From Podarcis filfolensis (Eukaryota), in NCBI GenBank assembly GCA_964270895.1, contig OZ185450.1: DNA of 64,000 nt; one strand, written 5' to 3'. The notes beneath the pieces were generated by a model. That model had not been told where the DNA came from, made no database searches, and saw only the letters and a list, made by a program, of their open reading frames with translations. Positions 26,745 through 39,379 of this stretch are shown here, piece after piece; position 1 is the stretch's first letter; each line of letters opens with the position of its first letter. The translations under genes and the position numbers were made by a program.

Positions 26745-29124
26745 CTATCAATGAAAAAGAAAGAGGAACCATAATTTTAACCATGCCCGGATTCTCTCGC
26801 CCCCTGCCCCCCAAAAAAGATAAAATTTGAAAACTCAGGTGGGGAAAGTAAATAGACCTCAATGTTTTAAATTCCTTAACTGAACCATTCTTTCCTTGCC
26901 ACCTCTCATGCAAAGTTTTTACAAGCCTCAATGAAGTCGCAGGTCAATACAAACTTGCATAAATGACATCCCCCTATTTCCTTGGGTAAGGCAAGATAAT
27001 TTAAGGCTGCGTGCCTCCACTAGTGTTGCATTAGAGCTACCTTTTTGGCATGACTTTTGACATTATGAATAACTACTGAATATCACAACTAATACATTAT
27101 TTGACCTTTCAGGGTTTCAGGTTCTAGAGACAAGGCACAATAAATGTGGGTTTTATTTGTATAGGAACTTGTTCTGCTGAACTTGACCCTTTTGGCCAAT
27201 TTCTTCCCTTTCAGCTAATCAAGAAGACACAGAGTTGCTTTCCCTTTCTTATGAACTAATTTAACCAAACCCACAACAGGGGCAATTCCACTAGGCCCAG
27301 CCTTTGCCAGCCTGATATCCTAAAGCTAATGGGAGTTGTATTCCAAAACATCAAGAGAGCAACAGGCTGGTGTACAATGGAGTAGAGAAGGCCTATCTTC
27401 TGGTCCTTATAATATCTCCACTACAAGAGTGTAGAAAACAAGCTGGACACACCTAGTAACAACAACAACAACAACAACGTCCTGTCCTCTTAAGTACCTA
27501 TGTCCTGTCCTCTTAAGTACCTACATCGATACAGCTTTTCACAACAAAACCAATTTCAGTGCTTCATCTGAAAAGCTAGCTCCTTTTCCAAGCCACAGCT
27601 GGCCAAACATCACATATCAAAATTTAACTGCTATGGTTTTTATATCACCAGTAAAGCTTGTTAACAAGGAAGTGATGTCTGAGGATCCATGACTGAGGGG
27701 TGGAGGGCGGAGAAAGATTTTGAGCCATAGACTCCAGTTTCTAGGGAGTTTCAGCCCCAGCACCTTTCTCTTTAGAATACTTCATACATCCCATGAATAC
27801 ATGCTAAATACAAAGTTGGTTGTATCTAGCCCAGCACTATGTATTCTGCCTTGTGGCGGCTCTCCCAGCAAGTAGTACTAGCAAAGACTTGAGATTCTTG
27901 AAAGCACCACCACCAAGCCAGCCCATGAACTCCAGATCACAAAACCAGACAGCAGCTTGCCAAGGAAAAGACGATTCTGCAACTTGCTTAATTTAAAAGT
28001 GTTTGGCCGTAAGATCAATGGATGGCAGCTGATCAAATTCTCTGATTAATTCATCCACTGCCTTGTTCCATGTTTGCTGGTTTCATGCACGACAAAAACG
28101 AGTCCAGGAACTGTGTCACTCTGCAATGTTGCTATGCACCAGTCACCTCACCGTATCTTCCACCTCTACCCAAGAGATTCCCTTACTTTTTGCACACTCT
28201 AAATAGCAGGGGATGTGTATTGGCAGAAATGCCCCAGCTGTACTGAGATCCATTGCTGCGTCGCACTACCATGTTTCCCCCATATCTCTGTCCATTTTAT
28301 TTAAGCACTAAATTCAAGTATATGCACCACATTCCCATGAAGTCAATAGAAGTTGTGTTATGTACCTTGTGGGAGGATTTGCCTCTAGATTTGTCTTTAC
28401 CTTTAATCGATTTCCTTTCATTCCAAATCTGATGTTCATGAGAAGTGAGAAAAACAGCTCACTAGTGAGTCAGAACGAAAGAGAGCCCCTTCCCTCGCAA
28501 CAAAATGTGTGCGGCGGAGTGGCGCCTTCAAAGCTTTCCCCTTTTCAGTCAAAGAGAGTGGGAATGCTTGAGAAGGAGAAGGCATGTCTCTGACAGCTGA
28601 CCTTAACCACAAGTTCAGACACTCTTTGGCAATCCCTCCTCCTCTTCACCTGCTGGCTGAAGCAGACATAATTTATATGGGATTGTGTACTTTCTTCCCT
28701 TTCCCGGAGCAAATCTGCACCCCAACCCCCTGCAGTCATTAAGTAGCTGTGGGATACATCTGCAATAACATTATGCATGCCCAGCATCCTGAACCAACTT
28801 CAAAACCTTATTAATAGACCTGGTTATGCAAGAAACCTGGTTGTCTGTAGCCATAGCTGATGTGCCCATTAACCACATTCAAGTTTTTTGGGGGGGGGTG
28901 TTGCTCCAGAGAAGGCACATATGAGCCCACATCCCACTGCCAGTCTCTTAAATGCTGCTTAGAAATTTGTCTCTCAGTTACACATACATCGTCCACATTG
29001 CTACAATTTTCTGAAATGAAAATGATGCAAGTATCATTTAGCATTCTGTGACCAGATTGATAATATATTTTTGGAGTCATTTTGGGCTTGTTCCTAAAGG
29101 GTTTCTGTACTTCTGCAAATCTTG

Positions 29125-29256
29125 GGTGCATCTGAAGGCAGCCCTGTTTAGGGAAGCTTTTAATGTTTAATAGACTACTGTATTTTAATATTTTGTTGGA
29201 AGCCACCCAGAGTAGCTGGGGAAACCCAGCCAGATGGGCGGGGTATAAATAATAAA

Positions 29257-29304
<48 letters not shown>
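29125..29304 (+). mobile_element. L2-type LINE 3' end ending in (TTA)n
   Basis: catctgaaggcagccctgtttagggaagc...ttggaagccacccagagtagctggggaaacccagccagatgggcggggtataaataataaa followed by (tta)n. Confidence 0.75.
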
Positions 29305-29796
29305 GGTTGCCCCCATGTCTACTGCACAGATTTTGGTTACGTAATAACTCAACAAATAATATCACTATCACTTGGAATAAAAAAAATTGGCGAGGGTGGG
29401 GAGTTGAGTGTTTAAAATAGCAGAGACAGACCAACATAACATTTTCTGGACACTTGGAGCACTTGTATCTGGTTCCAATTCAATGGATATAGTTGTTCTA
29501 AGAGAAACTGACATATGAATGGCATTCTTAACTTTTGGAGGGTTACAGGGAAAAAAATATCAATGCCACTGGCTCCATCAAACACAGAGAATTCACTTAG
29601 TCAATCAGGATTCTTGTGGTTTTAACAATCTTCTCGCCCCTCTGAATCCTCTTGGAAACCAAGAGAAGTGGTGATGTCATAATGTTGGGCTTAGCTGTGT
29701 GGTCAGAACCTACACCTAACTGCCTCCTGACACAGCTATGTGTGCACAAGATAAATGTTTACAACATGGGAATCATATGGCTCCCAGACATTCACA

Positions 29797-30405
29797 GAAT
29801 CACAGAGTTGGAAGGGAGCCCCAAGGGTCATGAGTCCAACCACTGCAATGCAGGAATCTCAACTAAAGCACCCATGACAGATGACCATCCAACCTCTGAT
29901 TAAAAACCTCCAATGAAGGGGAGTCCACAATCTCCCAAGAGAGTCCATTTCACTGTTGAACAGCTCTTACCCTCAGATGGCCATCTAACATCTACTTAAA
30001 AACCTCTGGTGAAGAAGGGTCCACCTCCTTCTGAGGGAGTCTGTTCCACTGTCAAACAGCTCTTACTGTCAGAAAGTTCTTCTTGATAAAATCTCCTTCC
30101 TTGTAACTTAAACCCACTGGTTCAAGTCCTACCCTCTAGAGCAGGAGAAAACAAGCTTGCTCCCTCTTCCATGTGACAGCCCTAGAGATGTTTGAAGATG
30201 GCTATCATATCTCCTCTCAGTCTCCTCTTTTCCAAGCTAAACATACCCAGCTCCTTCAACCGCTCCTAAGAAGTCTTGGTTTCCAGATCCTTAAGCATCT
30301 TGATCGCCCTCCTCTGCACATGTTCCAGCTTATCAACACCCTTCTTAAATTGTGGCACCCAAACTGGACACAGAATAGAGTGATGCTATTACTTCCCTTG
30401 ATCTG
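29797..30405 (-). mobile_element. CR1 LINE 3' fragment with internal 96-bp tandem duplication
   Basis: acagaatcacagagttggaaggg...gtcatgagtccaacc...ttccaagctaaacatacccagctccttcaacc...aactggacacag; units at 29878-29973 and 29974-30069. Confidence 0.9.
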
Positions 30406-32090
30406 ATTCAAACCCACTCAAGGGAAACTAGTACACATGGGCTGCTCATCCAGAAACAAGGGGGCACATGTAAGACATACTCCAAGTGACAGTATCCTAC
30501 TTTAGCTGCATGTAATTAGCATGATTTCTTTATCAATTTATGAACCACACAGATGCCAAACAAAGGTCAGTGGATGTTTAGCTTGTGTTCTATAATCTCA
30601 TTCCTGATTAGAACAACTTGATTCAAATCCTCCCAATAATGCAATGCGATTGATATATTTCATATATTTTCTAGTTTTTCCAATATTTAGCTTTTTTTAT
30701 CACCACATGAGTGCTGGAGCAACGGAAAAAAAAGAAAAGAAAGAGAGGCCCTGGAATCTATCAAAATCCTGCCAGCCGTATAACAAGGTGCCTCAGGGGA
30801 TAACATACTTTCCGTCCCAGGATTACAGAGATTCAAATTTAAAATATTCCTCTCACCATAAAATAAGATGTGCCCACCTTTTAAATTCATTTTATTTTGA
30901 CAGCCTAAGGCTCCATTTCTGTATACAGTTACTTGAGAGTAAACCCTATTAGGCTCAGTGCGGTTGGCTTCCTGGTTCGCAGTGCTGAATATAGGGGGAA
31001 GTAAGGCAGAATGTCAACAGACTTTGATGAAATTCTGTAACATATGGGGAAACACTATAAAAAAGAAGGAAATCCTTAACAGTTGGACAAAACAGCCTTG
31101 GATGCATTTCAGAGTAAAGAGCCCAAAAAGAGTGTGTGTGTGTGTGTGTACACATACACATAACAGAAACCAACGTGTCTAACAGCTAAGCAGAAGGCCT
31201 TTAAAAGAATATTAGCAATCTGTTTAAAAAGCAAGAGCTCAAAATATACCCCCCTAAAAGGAGGGTTAATCAGAAAGAAAACTAGTATATGTGCAAGGCA
31301 ATCATTATTTTCAAACAAAAAGGCAGAAAGAGATAACAAACACATTGAAATAAAACAAGACAAACTGCAAATTTCTAAAGAGTATGTTACGTACTTGGGA
31401 CCTATGAAACATTTGAGAACAGCACATTTCTATCAAGTGGATCTAGAAGTGGGGCAGGCACAACCCTGATTCCTGTTAGCTGCCCAAGATACCTTGAGCC
31501 AGTTGTTGAAAATATCCACCGCTAACATCAAGACTCACAAAGGAAATCAGAAACATGAGCAACAGTCAGAGGTGATCTATATGAGGCAAAATCAAGCAGC
31601 TTGCCTAGACAGTGGCTTTTCAGGACGGTAAAGGTGGAGACAGACAGATCAGCAAATCAAAGTATCTGATTATTCATGTCTATCAAGCATTAACATCAAA
31701 GTGAAGAAAGGATCTAGTTTCTTGGCTGAAACTAAGCTATAGCCACTAAGATTTTCCTGCACTTGTGGCATTTGGGGAAATGTTCACCAGAGAGGGCATT
31801 TAAGCACAATTCTGCATGGTTTAGAATCACTGCAGTGGGCCTTGCATAGAAGTATCTCCCCAAATGAGTTTGTCTGCCAAGACTCTGAGGAGATGAAGGT
31901 AAGACTTTTGCTCCTCGACTACCCTGACGTTGGCTTGGACCCAGGCATTCAAAGAATCACAATCTCCCACGCAAACCTGCCCAAACGTTATGATCATTGT
32001 AAGATCATCCGAAGGCTACCTGAATATACAAACCTCAATTCACTTGAGGTTCACCTCCCTCCGAGACTTTTTTCTCCCCTAAAAATATAA

Positions 32091-32189
32091 GGCAGCCCCA
32101 TATAGGGAAGTTTTTAATGTTTTATGTTCTATTGTGTTTTATAATTTGCTGGAAGCTGACCAAAGTGGCTGGGGCAACCCAGTCAGATG

Positions 32190-32242
<53 letters not shown>
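32091..32242 (+). mobile_element. L2-type LINE 3' end ending in (AAT)n
   Basis: ggcagccccatatagggaagtttttaatg...gctggaagctgaccaaagtggctggggcaacccagtcagatgg + (aat)n; homologous to 29125-29304. Confidence 0.7.
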
Positions 32243-32245
<3 letters not shown>

Positions 32246-32424
32246 GTCAGAGCTTATGGGGGCTTAGTCCAGCAACATCTGGAGGGCCACAGGTTCTCCA
32301 CCCTTGGTTTAAAGGCACCTGAAACCACAACCTCTACAAAGTACCAGTAACTGTCAGGTAACTGTTGAGTTTCATGATTATAAAAACGCAGGATATTTAT
32401 GTATACAGGATATTGGGGAACTGC

Positions 32425-32457
<33 letters not shown>
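32425..32457. repeat. (CTA)n microsatellite
   Basis: Directly visible. Confidence 0.95.
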
Positions 32458-33075
32458 AGCTGCAGACTTCTTTCCTGGACAATACTTTTTTTGTACTTAT
32501 CTGAGACGATGGTCACATTCTGTCTAGATCTAATGCCTCTGCCACCACAAAATGGAAGGAATTTTTAAAAGATCCAGAAGCAGGAGCTTCAGAGAGATAC
32601 TACTAAAGCGCACAGCTGCCAAGCAGCTGCTCCCAAGACTTCTACAAGCACAGATTTCATTAGTTTCATCTTTTTAAACAGTGCACCAAACAACTACATA
32701 AGGTTAATTTAATGTTTGCAGCAGGAGCATTAATACCGAGCAAAAACATAAATATGATTAATGAGACATATCTATTTCTACTGGAATCTTACTAAAATTA
32801 GACTTAAATCTTTTATGCTTTACAAGATTTCATTTGCCATTACAAAAGGCAGGAAACCCCCCAGCTACCTCACCCTGTCTGTCATCCTGGAGGTTGTCAT
32901 ATCCACACATCGAGTTTTTATTTTTAACTTTGGAAGGGTTGGCTCTGATGGCAAACGGGGGCAGGGAGAGAACTTGCTACGGCTCCGCTTGTGCACAAAC
33001 ACAAGAATCAGGGGCTATCCTTTTACAGCTTGTTGCATTTTAGTCCACTCTTCCACCAGAGGCAGAAAAACATAC

Positions 33076-33211
33076 CAGCATTTACCAACCTGGTGCCCTC
33101 CAGATGTTTTGGACTACAGCTCCCATCATTCCTGATCACTGGCCATGCTGGAAGAGACAGATGGAAGTGGTATTCCTAAAGCATCTGGTGGTCACCATGT
33201 TGATTTTCCTG
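33076..33211. mobile_element. Short palindromic MITE (ccagatgttttggactacagctcccatc family)
   Basis: caacctggtgccctccagatgttttggactacagctcccatcattcctg ... agcatctggtggtcaccatgttg; imperfect inverted arms. Confidence 0.65.
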
Positions 33212-33354
33212 TGTTGGGCTGCACTGACAAACAGTGTTTCAAGACAGGGGTGTTTCTCAGTCCAACCTGAAGCTGTCAGGGCCTGTCCCTCCCCTGCAAC
33301 ATTATTTTTGCCAAAATATTTGCACGGCTCTTGATGGGTTATATGCCTAAATCA

Positions 33355-33520
33355 CATTTATATCTCAGCTTTCCCCCAAGGAGCTCAAGGCAGTGTATGC
33401 AATTCCACTCCTCACTTTCTCCTCAAAACAACCCTATAAGACAAACTAGGTTGAGAGAGAAACTGGCTCAAAACCACCTAGCGAGCTGCATGGCCAAGAG
33501 AGTTTGAATCAGGGTCCCCG
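33355..33520 (-). mobile_element. MIR/Ther1-like SINE
   Basis: atttatatctcagctttcccccaaggagctcaaggc...tcctcaaaacaaccctataag...ggttgagagagaaactggctcaaaaccacc: CORE-SINE signature. Confidence 0.7.
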
Positions 33521-35145
33521 CCGGTCCAATGAGCATTACATCATATTAGCATATTGGGTAGCCATGATCTCAATTAGCAGAGCTGAGAAAGGCCTTTCTC
33601 TCTGCCCCAAAGACTGCTGCACAGTACAGTAGGCAACACTGAAGTAAATAGCCCAATGGCCCAAATCAGTTTAATTCAACTTGATATTTTGTCAAAAGTC
33701 TCTCAAAATGAATTCATCTGAAAACAAGAGGTTATAACAGCAACCTGTGGAGGGAATTGCGAAGAAACGAGACACTTTTACATACTGAAATTGCTACCTA
33801 AAACATTATTGATATGTCCATTGACATAATCCAGTAATTTATTCAGATGGGACCAGCTACGTTACCATCATTAAAGAACAACCCACACTGACGTCTTATC
33901 ACTCTGGGGGGCATTCCAGCACCTGTTTACATTGCTTCTATCTGTCATTTAGTGTGTGAACTCTCAGGACAGGAATAATTTCCTGTTCTTGTTCCAGCTC
34001 TAGCAACCCCAAAGACATAAATTCAGTGCCTTGCCTTAAGAGCAGCAAAACAACGGCTTTGCAAAGCTGGGGTGTGTGTGTGTGTGTTTCCAATTGCTCC
34101 CCAGAGCATGCAGCTGTCTCAATCAATGCTGATTGTCTGTTAATTAGTTTGGTTTTACAAGCTGATGGAACAGATGACTTCATCCCTCCCCCTCCCTGGC
34201 GGAATAATTCTTCCTACCAGATGCAGTCACCTACCATATGCAGAGGGCTGGACTGTGGCAGGAGGAGTAGGGGCAAGCCGTCTTTCCACAAAGGGCTCTT
34301 TTTCCCTGCAGCTCCTCAGGGCACCGTGGGGTCATGTTCTCAGAAAATGCTGCAACTCCCAGGGGTCAGTTTGCCACGAAAAACTCACACATGCTTCTAG
34401 GTTCTGGGTTAAAGGTTGTGTGAACAACTCTGCACAGCCAGAGCTAAGCAACATCTTTATTTTAATAGGTTTTTGCATCAGATTTAGCTCCTAGCATCAG
34501 ATCTGTGGCTTCAAATATGCCTTGTTCAACAGAAGAACACTTCGCTAGGACAGGACCTCCCCAAACGGATTCGTTTGCGGTGTATAAAAGGAAAAGATCC
34601 TTGCATACAGAAGAACTCATCCTCAATGTTTCTGTGTGTGAGACGCTGTCTAGGGAATATCACCTGACTGGAAGGATATTTGGTCCAAGCCTTGATTAGT
34701 GTAGAGATGTGAAAGGTAGCCTCCTCTGTGGGTGGGTACTTTGGTTCCACAGGACCCTATTTAAATTTTTATTTCTTGTGACACATACTTCTTTCACATC
34801 ACATCAGCATACCCTGGTACAGTTTGTGAATTCTTGACTAGGGGCGCTAACCAAACAGGGGAGGGAATTTTCCTCTTCCAAAGCACACACATCAAGCTAG
34901 CTTTCTGAGCACCCCTTGCTGGCTTCAAGGCAAGCATTAAGCCTCAGAGTGCAGTTTGTCTGCTGAGTGTGCATGGGGAGCCCGTTCCCCAAGCTGAAGA
35001 TGCTCATCGCAGCCGTAGTGGCGCACACTTTGCAACTTTAAATATGTGCTTTCCTGAAATCTTTATATTTTATTTGTTAGACTCATATCCACCTTTTTTT
35101 CTGGAGTCTTCAAAGCTGCCTTCAGCATTAATAAAACACAACTAG

Positions 35146-35149
<4 letters not shown>

Positions 35150-35192
<43 letters not shown>
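35150..35192. repeat. (TA)n microsatellite
   Basis: Directly visible. Confidence 0.95.
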
Positions 35193-35197
<5 letters not shown>

Positions 35198-35324
35198 GTA
35201 CTTTAACATTAAAACCATGCAAGTAAAGGATCCATGAGGAAAAATACTAGTAGGCCTGTAAAGAAATTGGACTTTGTCTCCCTGGGATACTTGTACGGAT
35301 TGCTGCATATGATGAGATGTATAG

Positions 35325-35327
<3 letters not shown>

Positions 35328-35390
<63 letters not shown>

Positions 35391-35392
35391 TG
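35328..35392. repeat. Compound (TC)n(TG)n microsatellite
   Basis: Directly visible; source of the poly-ER ORFs. Confidence 0.95.
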
Positions 35393-38300
35393 TAAATAAA
35401 ACAAAACAAAACTGTTTGTTCATTGGGGATTACAAGATTAACTGAGAAAGCTAGCAATTGCCCTGAGGCTCAAATATCAAGGCCCTTCATTCTGGATGTT
35501 AGGAATGACACATCTCTTGTCTGGGGGCAAGAAAATTAAAAGCTCCCAACCTCCTTGATCTTGGAGCCTATGGGAAGAATATATGATGGACAAAGGGAAG
35601 TTATATAGACAGATGGGCAGCCGGGAGGTGAGCAGTTCAGGGTAGGGCTCAGCATGATAAGCAAAGGTTGCTACTCAAGAGATGATTCTTCTGAGAACCT
35701 GGTGAGTTAGGGATTGCAGAAGCCCAGGGATAGTGGATTGCATTTTAATTTACTTTGTTTTGTCATTCTGCTCCAAAGGAGAATATACTGGTTTTCTGTA
35801 ACTTATGCATATGTTTCTCTTTGTAAACTTTAGAACTTGTTTCAAAAACTTATTTCAACATCCTCAAGCCTGGAAGTCAAAACCTATGCTACCTTGGGAG
35901 CAATCAGGAAGGTTATTATGCTGACTGAAACAGAAGCAGCCTTGCAGAGAAATTATATCCAGTGGTGGCGAATTCTTTAAGGGAGAAGGGTATGGCTGGA
36001 GCAGGGGGAAACACTCTGTTAACCAGGAACACCCTCCCCTCGAAGGAGGGTATCAGACCCAAGGTGACTGGGAGCTGGCTACCACAGAGCCAAAGAGAGG
36101 AAAACAAGTTGAAAATCAGAACATTTAAAGCTTGAATTGAGTTTAGAAATGAATGGCAGGGTGTATCTCCCAAAATGAAATATGGCAATAAATACATATT
36201 TAATGGAGTAACCAAACTCTTGTCAATTCTGAGTACATGTTTCTGGCTACAATGTATGGGTGTATGTGCTTACTTCAAGTTGCACTGCTGACAATTATAA
36301 GTCAAAAATTAATTGGGAGGAGTCAGGGTTGTCTGACAAATTCAGAGCCTTTTGAAAAAGAAAGATGCAGAATAGATAAGGAGTACCACTGGAAGCAAAG
36401 GAAGACTGATGTGTGAAAGCGCATGTGGACATCACAAGTAATGCTTATTTCAGCATTCTTCACATTTCCCCAAACACACATACTGTCTATCATTTGACTG
36501 ATTAGAAAAAAAGGGGAAATACCATCTCTCATTGATTTTGAACCTGTCCAATATAACAGCTACATGTCAATTTCTTAATCCAGCTGAACATCATCTGAAG
36601 AGGCATGGGCAGTATTTATAGTAAAGGTGTGAATAAGTCCCATACTAAAGAGATCCTTGTCTTGCCAAAGAAGAACACCTAAATGTAAAATATTCTTCAT
36701 GAATCAAGGCAACACATTTTAAAACATCACATCAAGTTATGCTCCATGCTAGTTCTGTGTAATGCAAAAGAGAACACAAAATCAAGCTCATTCAAGTTCA
36801 CATTTGCCTTGCTCCTTCAAACCATCTGCACTGAACTCTGCCAAGCTTTTCTTTTGTTCTGGGTCCAGGCTAAAAGGAAGAATCAAATTGTTTCTATTCT
36901 TTTCATGCTTGGTTTTCGCTCACACATGTACACAGTCTCTTAGAGACTGAAAACAGCTCACAGTCTCTTAGAGACTGAAAACAGCTCCTCCTTTACACAT
37001 CAGTTTATATTGCACATCATCTTTCGGGTCTCCCAGGAAGCAGCCATGCCATCAAGTTTTCATAGCAATGTTTGCAGCAAGATTGCTCACCTTCTCCCCA
37101 GGAAAAAAAAAGTGGGAAAGCTTCAACAAAATTAACGAAGTCAAATCAACAGCATCAAACAAAACAATCCATAATAAAACTAATTCAAGCTTCAAGGAAA
37201 ATATTTCAGATCCTTCTCTAAGCGATATTGTGCTTTCCACAGTCGCCAATCTAGCATCCAGAGATCTCCACGTGGTTGCAGCTGGACCCGAACCAGTCAC
37301 AAAATGTGCCTGGTGCCTGGCTAATTTCAAACACTGATTAAAAAGTCTGTATAGGAGAGGGAAGGTTTGGCATCTCTTTATAAACCCTCTTCTTTTAAAA
37401 CTAACTGATTCAGAATCTCAACTCTGAATGCAGCATGTCAGGTTTCCTGCAGACCACCTATCCAGTCTAAGTATAAAGGGGAATGGGCATATGTACAGAA
37501 AGACAACCCATATCACCGTCTGCATCTGCCAGTCTGTGAAATAAAAATGATGAAAGTAAAGTTATAAGCACCATTAGGCATATGCACGCATCAGTTTCTA
37601 AGATATACCTCAGGATGAGACTATGCTGACTAGCATGAGTGTGATCATTAAAGGGCCCTGTTAAATTCAAAAAAATAACCTACCATCTGGGACACTATCA
37701 AGATAGTTTACAGCACTTATTTAGGGCTTGCAATGCTCCTCACTCGAAATACTGCCATCACACCAAGGGCAGAAAGCAGATTTAGCTCCATTATAGTAGT
37801 GCCCCCAAGTACTACTTGAATTTCCTCCACTCAAGGAAAAGTCGCCATTCAATCCTATGGGAGGAAAACAAAACAGTGCTCTTGTAGCAAGGACAAAATC
37901 TTATTTTGCAGTTCTAGCTGTACTGTTGTGAGGGGTAATCGTCAAGGTCTTGGTGGGGATAGAGTCTGTATACAGAGCAAATAGATATGTATATAACCCC
38001 CTCACACACACACCCCCCAAAAAAAAACTTATGCGGCATGCTTCCCATGGCACTGCCACCACCAACCATCATGACAACTAGCATTATACTTAGAAATAAT
38101 TACCTTTACAAGTGATGTGTACGTATGTCACAATCTCCTGAAAAAGCTGATCATTTTAACTTTGCGTCACCCACTCCCAAGGTCAGCCATAGTCTATCTG
38201 CCAAACAGTTTTAACATTCAAGTCAAGATTTTCTAGGCAGGAGAACCCAAGGTAACAACATTCTGCCATTTATTTGCTGTGTTCTCCACAGCAATTCAAG

Positions 38301-39197
38301 CCCCTAAGTTGAGAATATAACTCACACAAGCACCAAAACTTTTGAATATCCATGGGAAGATTTCATTTTTATAGGCAATAAACATTAAATCTAAAGGACT
38401 GGAACGTAAAAAGTGTTTTAATACCACATAAATCACTTTTCCCCAGACAGAGTAAACCTCTGACGTTTTTAAGAACTGTGATATAAATTTTTATGGCAAA
38501 TTATCTGCATAGAAATTATCTGTCCAAGATGCACTTTTTAGTACCTATATCTCATTTCCATAATGCTACCAATCTTTGCAACTGCCAGATCCAATCCAAA
38601 CTGAAAGCCAAAGACATCAACACTCTGGCTAAATTGGGCTCCTCTCTCCATCTGGGAGCTTGCTGTCTTTTTCACCACCGGTAGAGCGTTATCCATTTCA
38701 GAAGTTCAACACTTTTTTAACTTTTGCTAGTACAAAAGAGGAAATAGGTAACTGTGTCATTTACAAATCACGCTAGTTCCAAACACACACTTCTTATTTT
38801 ATGCCATAAGATTGTTTCCCACAAAACTCTTCATTTTAAGTTAATAAAATATTTTCTCCGGATAAAGAAGCATCAATTTGTTTTTCTGCACTAGGTGATA
38901 ACCCCTTAGACAGAAGATGGCATATATTAGCACCCTATAGGAACATGGATTCCTATGCTACCCACCAGATGGTGGTTAATCACCCACTGCTGGGGCAGAA
39001 AACATCCCCTCTGGGGACACTTCCCTAGAGCCTGCCACAAAATACTTGATTTCTAACATAAGGAAAGCGGAGGCTGACCTCTGACTCAGAAGACAATGGT
39101 CACATTCAGATGACTGATATCTCAAACCCTTGGCTCACTCTCTCTCTCTCTGCCCCTTTCTCCATGCACACAGGGGAAGGAGGTGCTGCTTCTAGTT

Positions 39198-39379
39198 AGT
39201 GGCAAACCATAGTCTTCTGTTTTGTCCAAATGTGGCAAACCATGATTTATACAAACCAGAGTATTCCCTCAAACAAGTCTTCCAAACCACAACTTAATCC
39301 TGGCACAAGCACAAGTCATAATGTGCATGAACTATAGTTAGCCTCATCCAGACCAAAGAGCAAATTATGGTTTGCCACT
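39198..39379. mobile_element. MITE-like element with perfect 14-bp terminal inverted repeat
   Basis: agtggcaaaccata (39198-39211) / tatggtttgccact (39366-39379); internal aaaccat/aaaccac motifs shared with degenerate elements near 8540-8810, 14235-14385 and 59190-59370. Confidence 0.6.
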
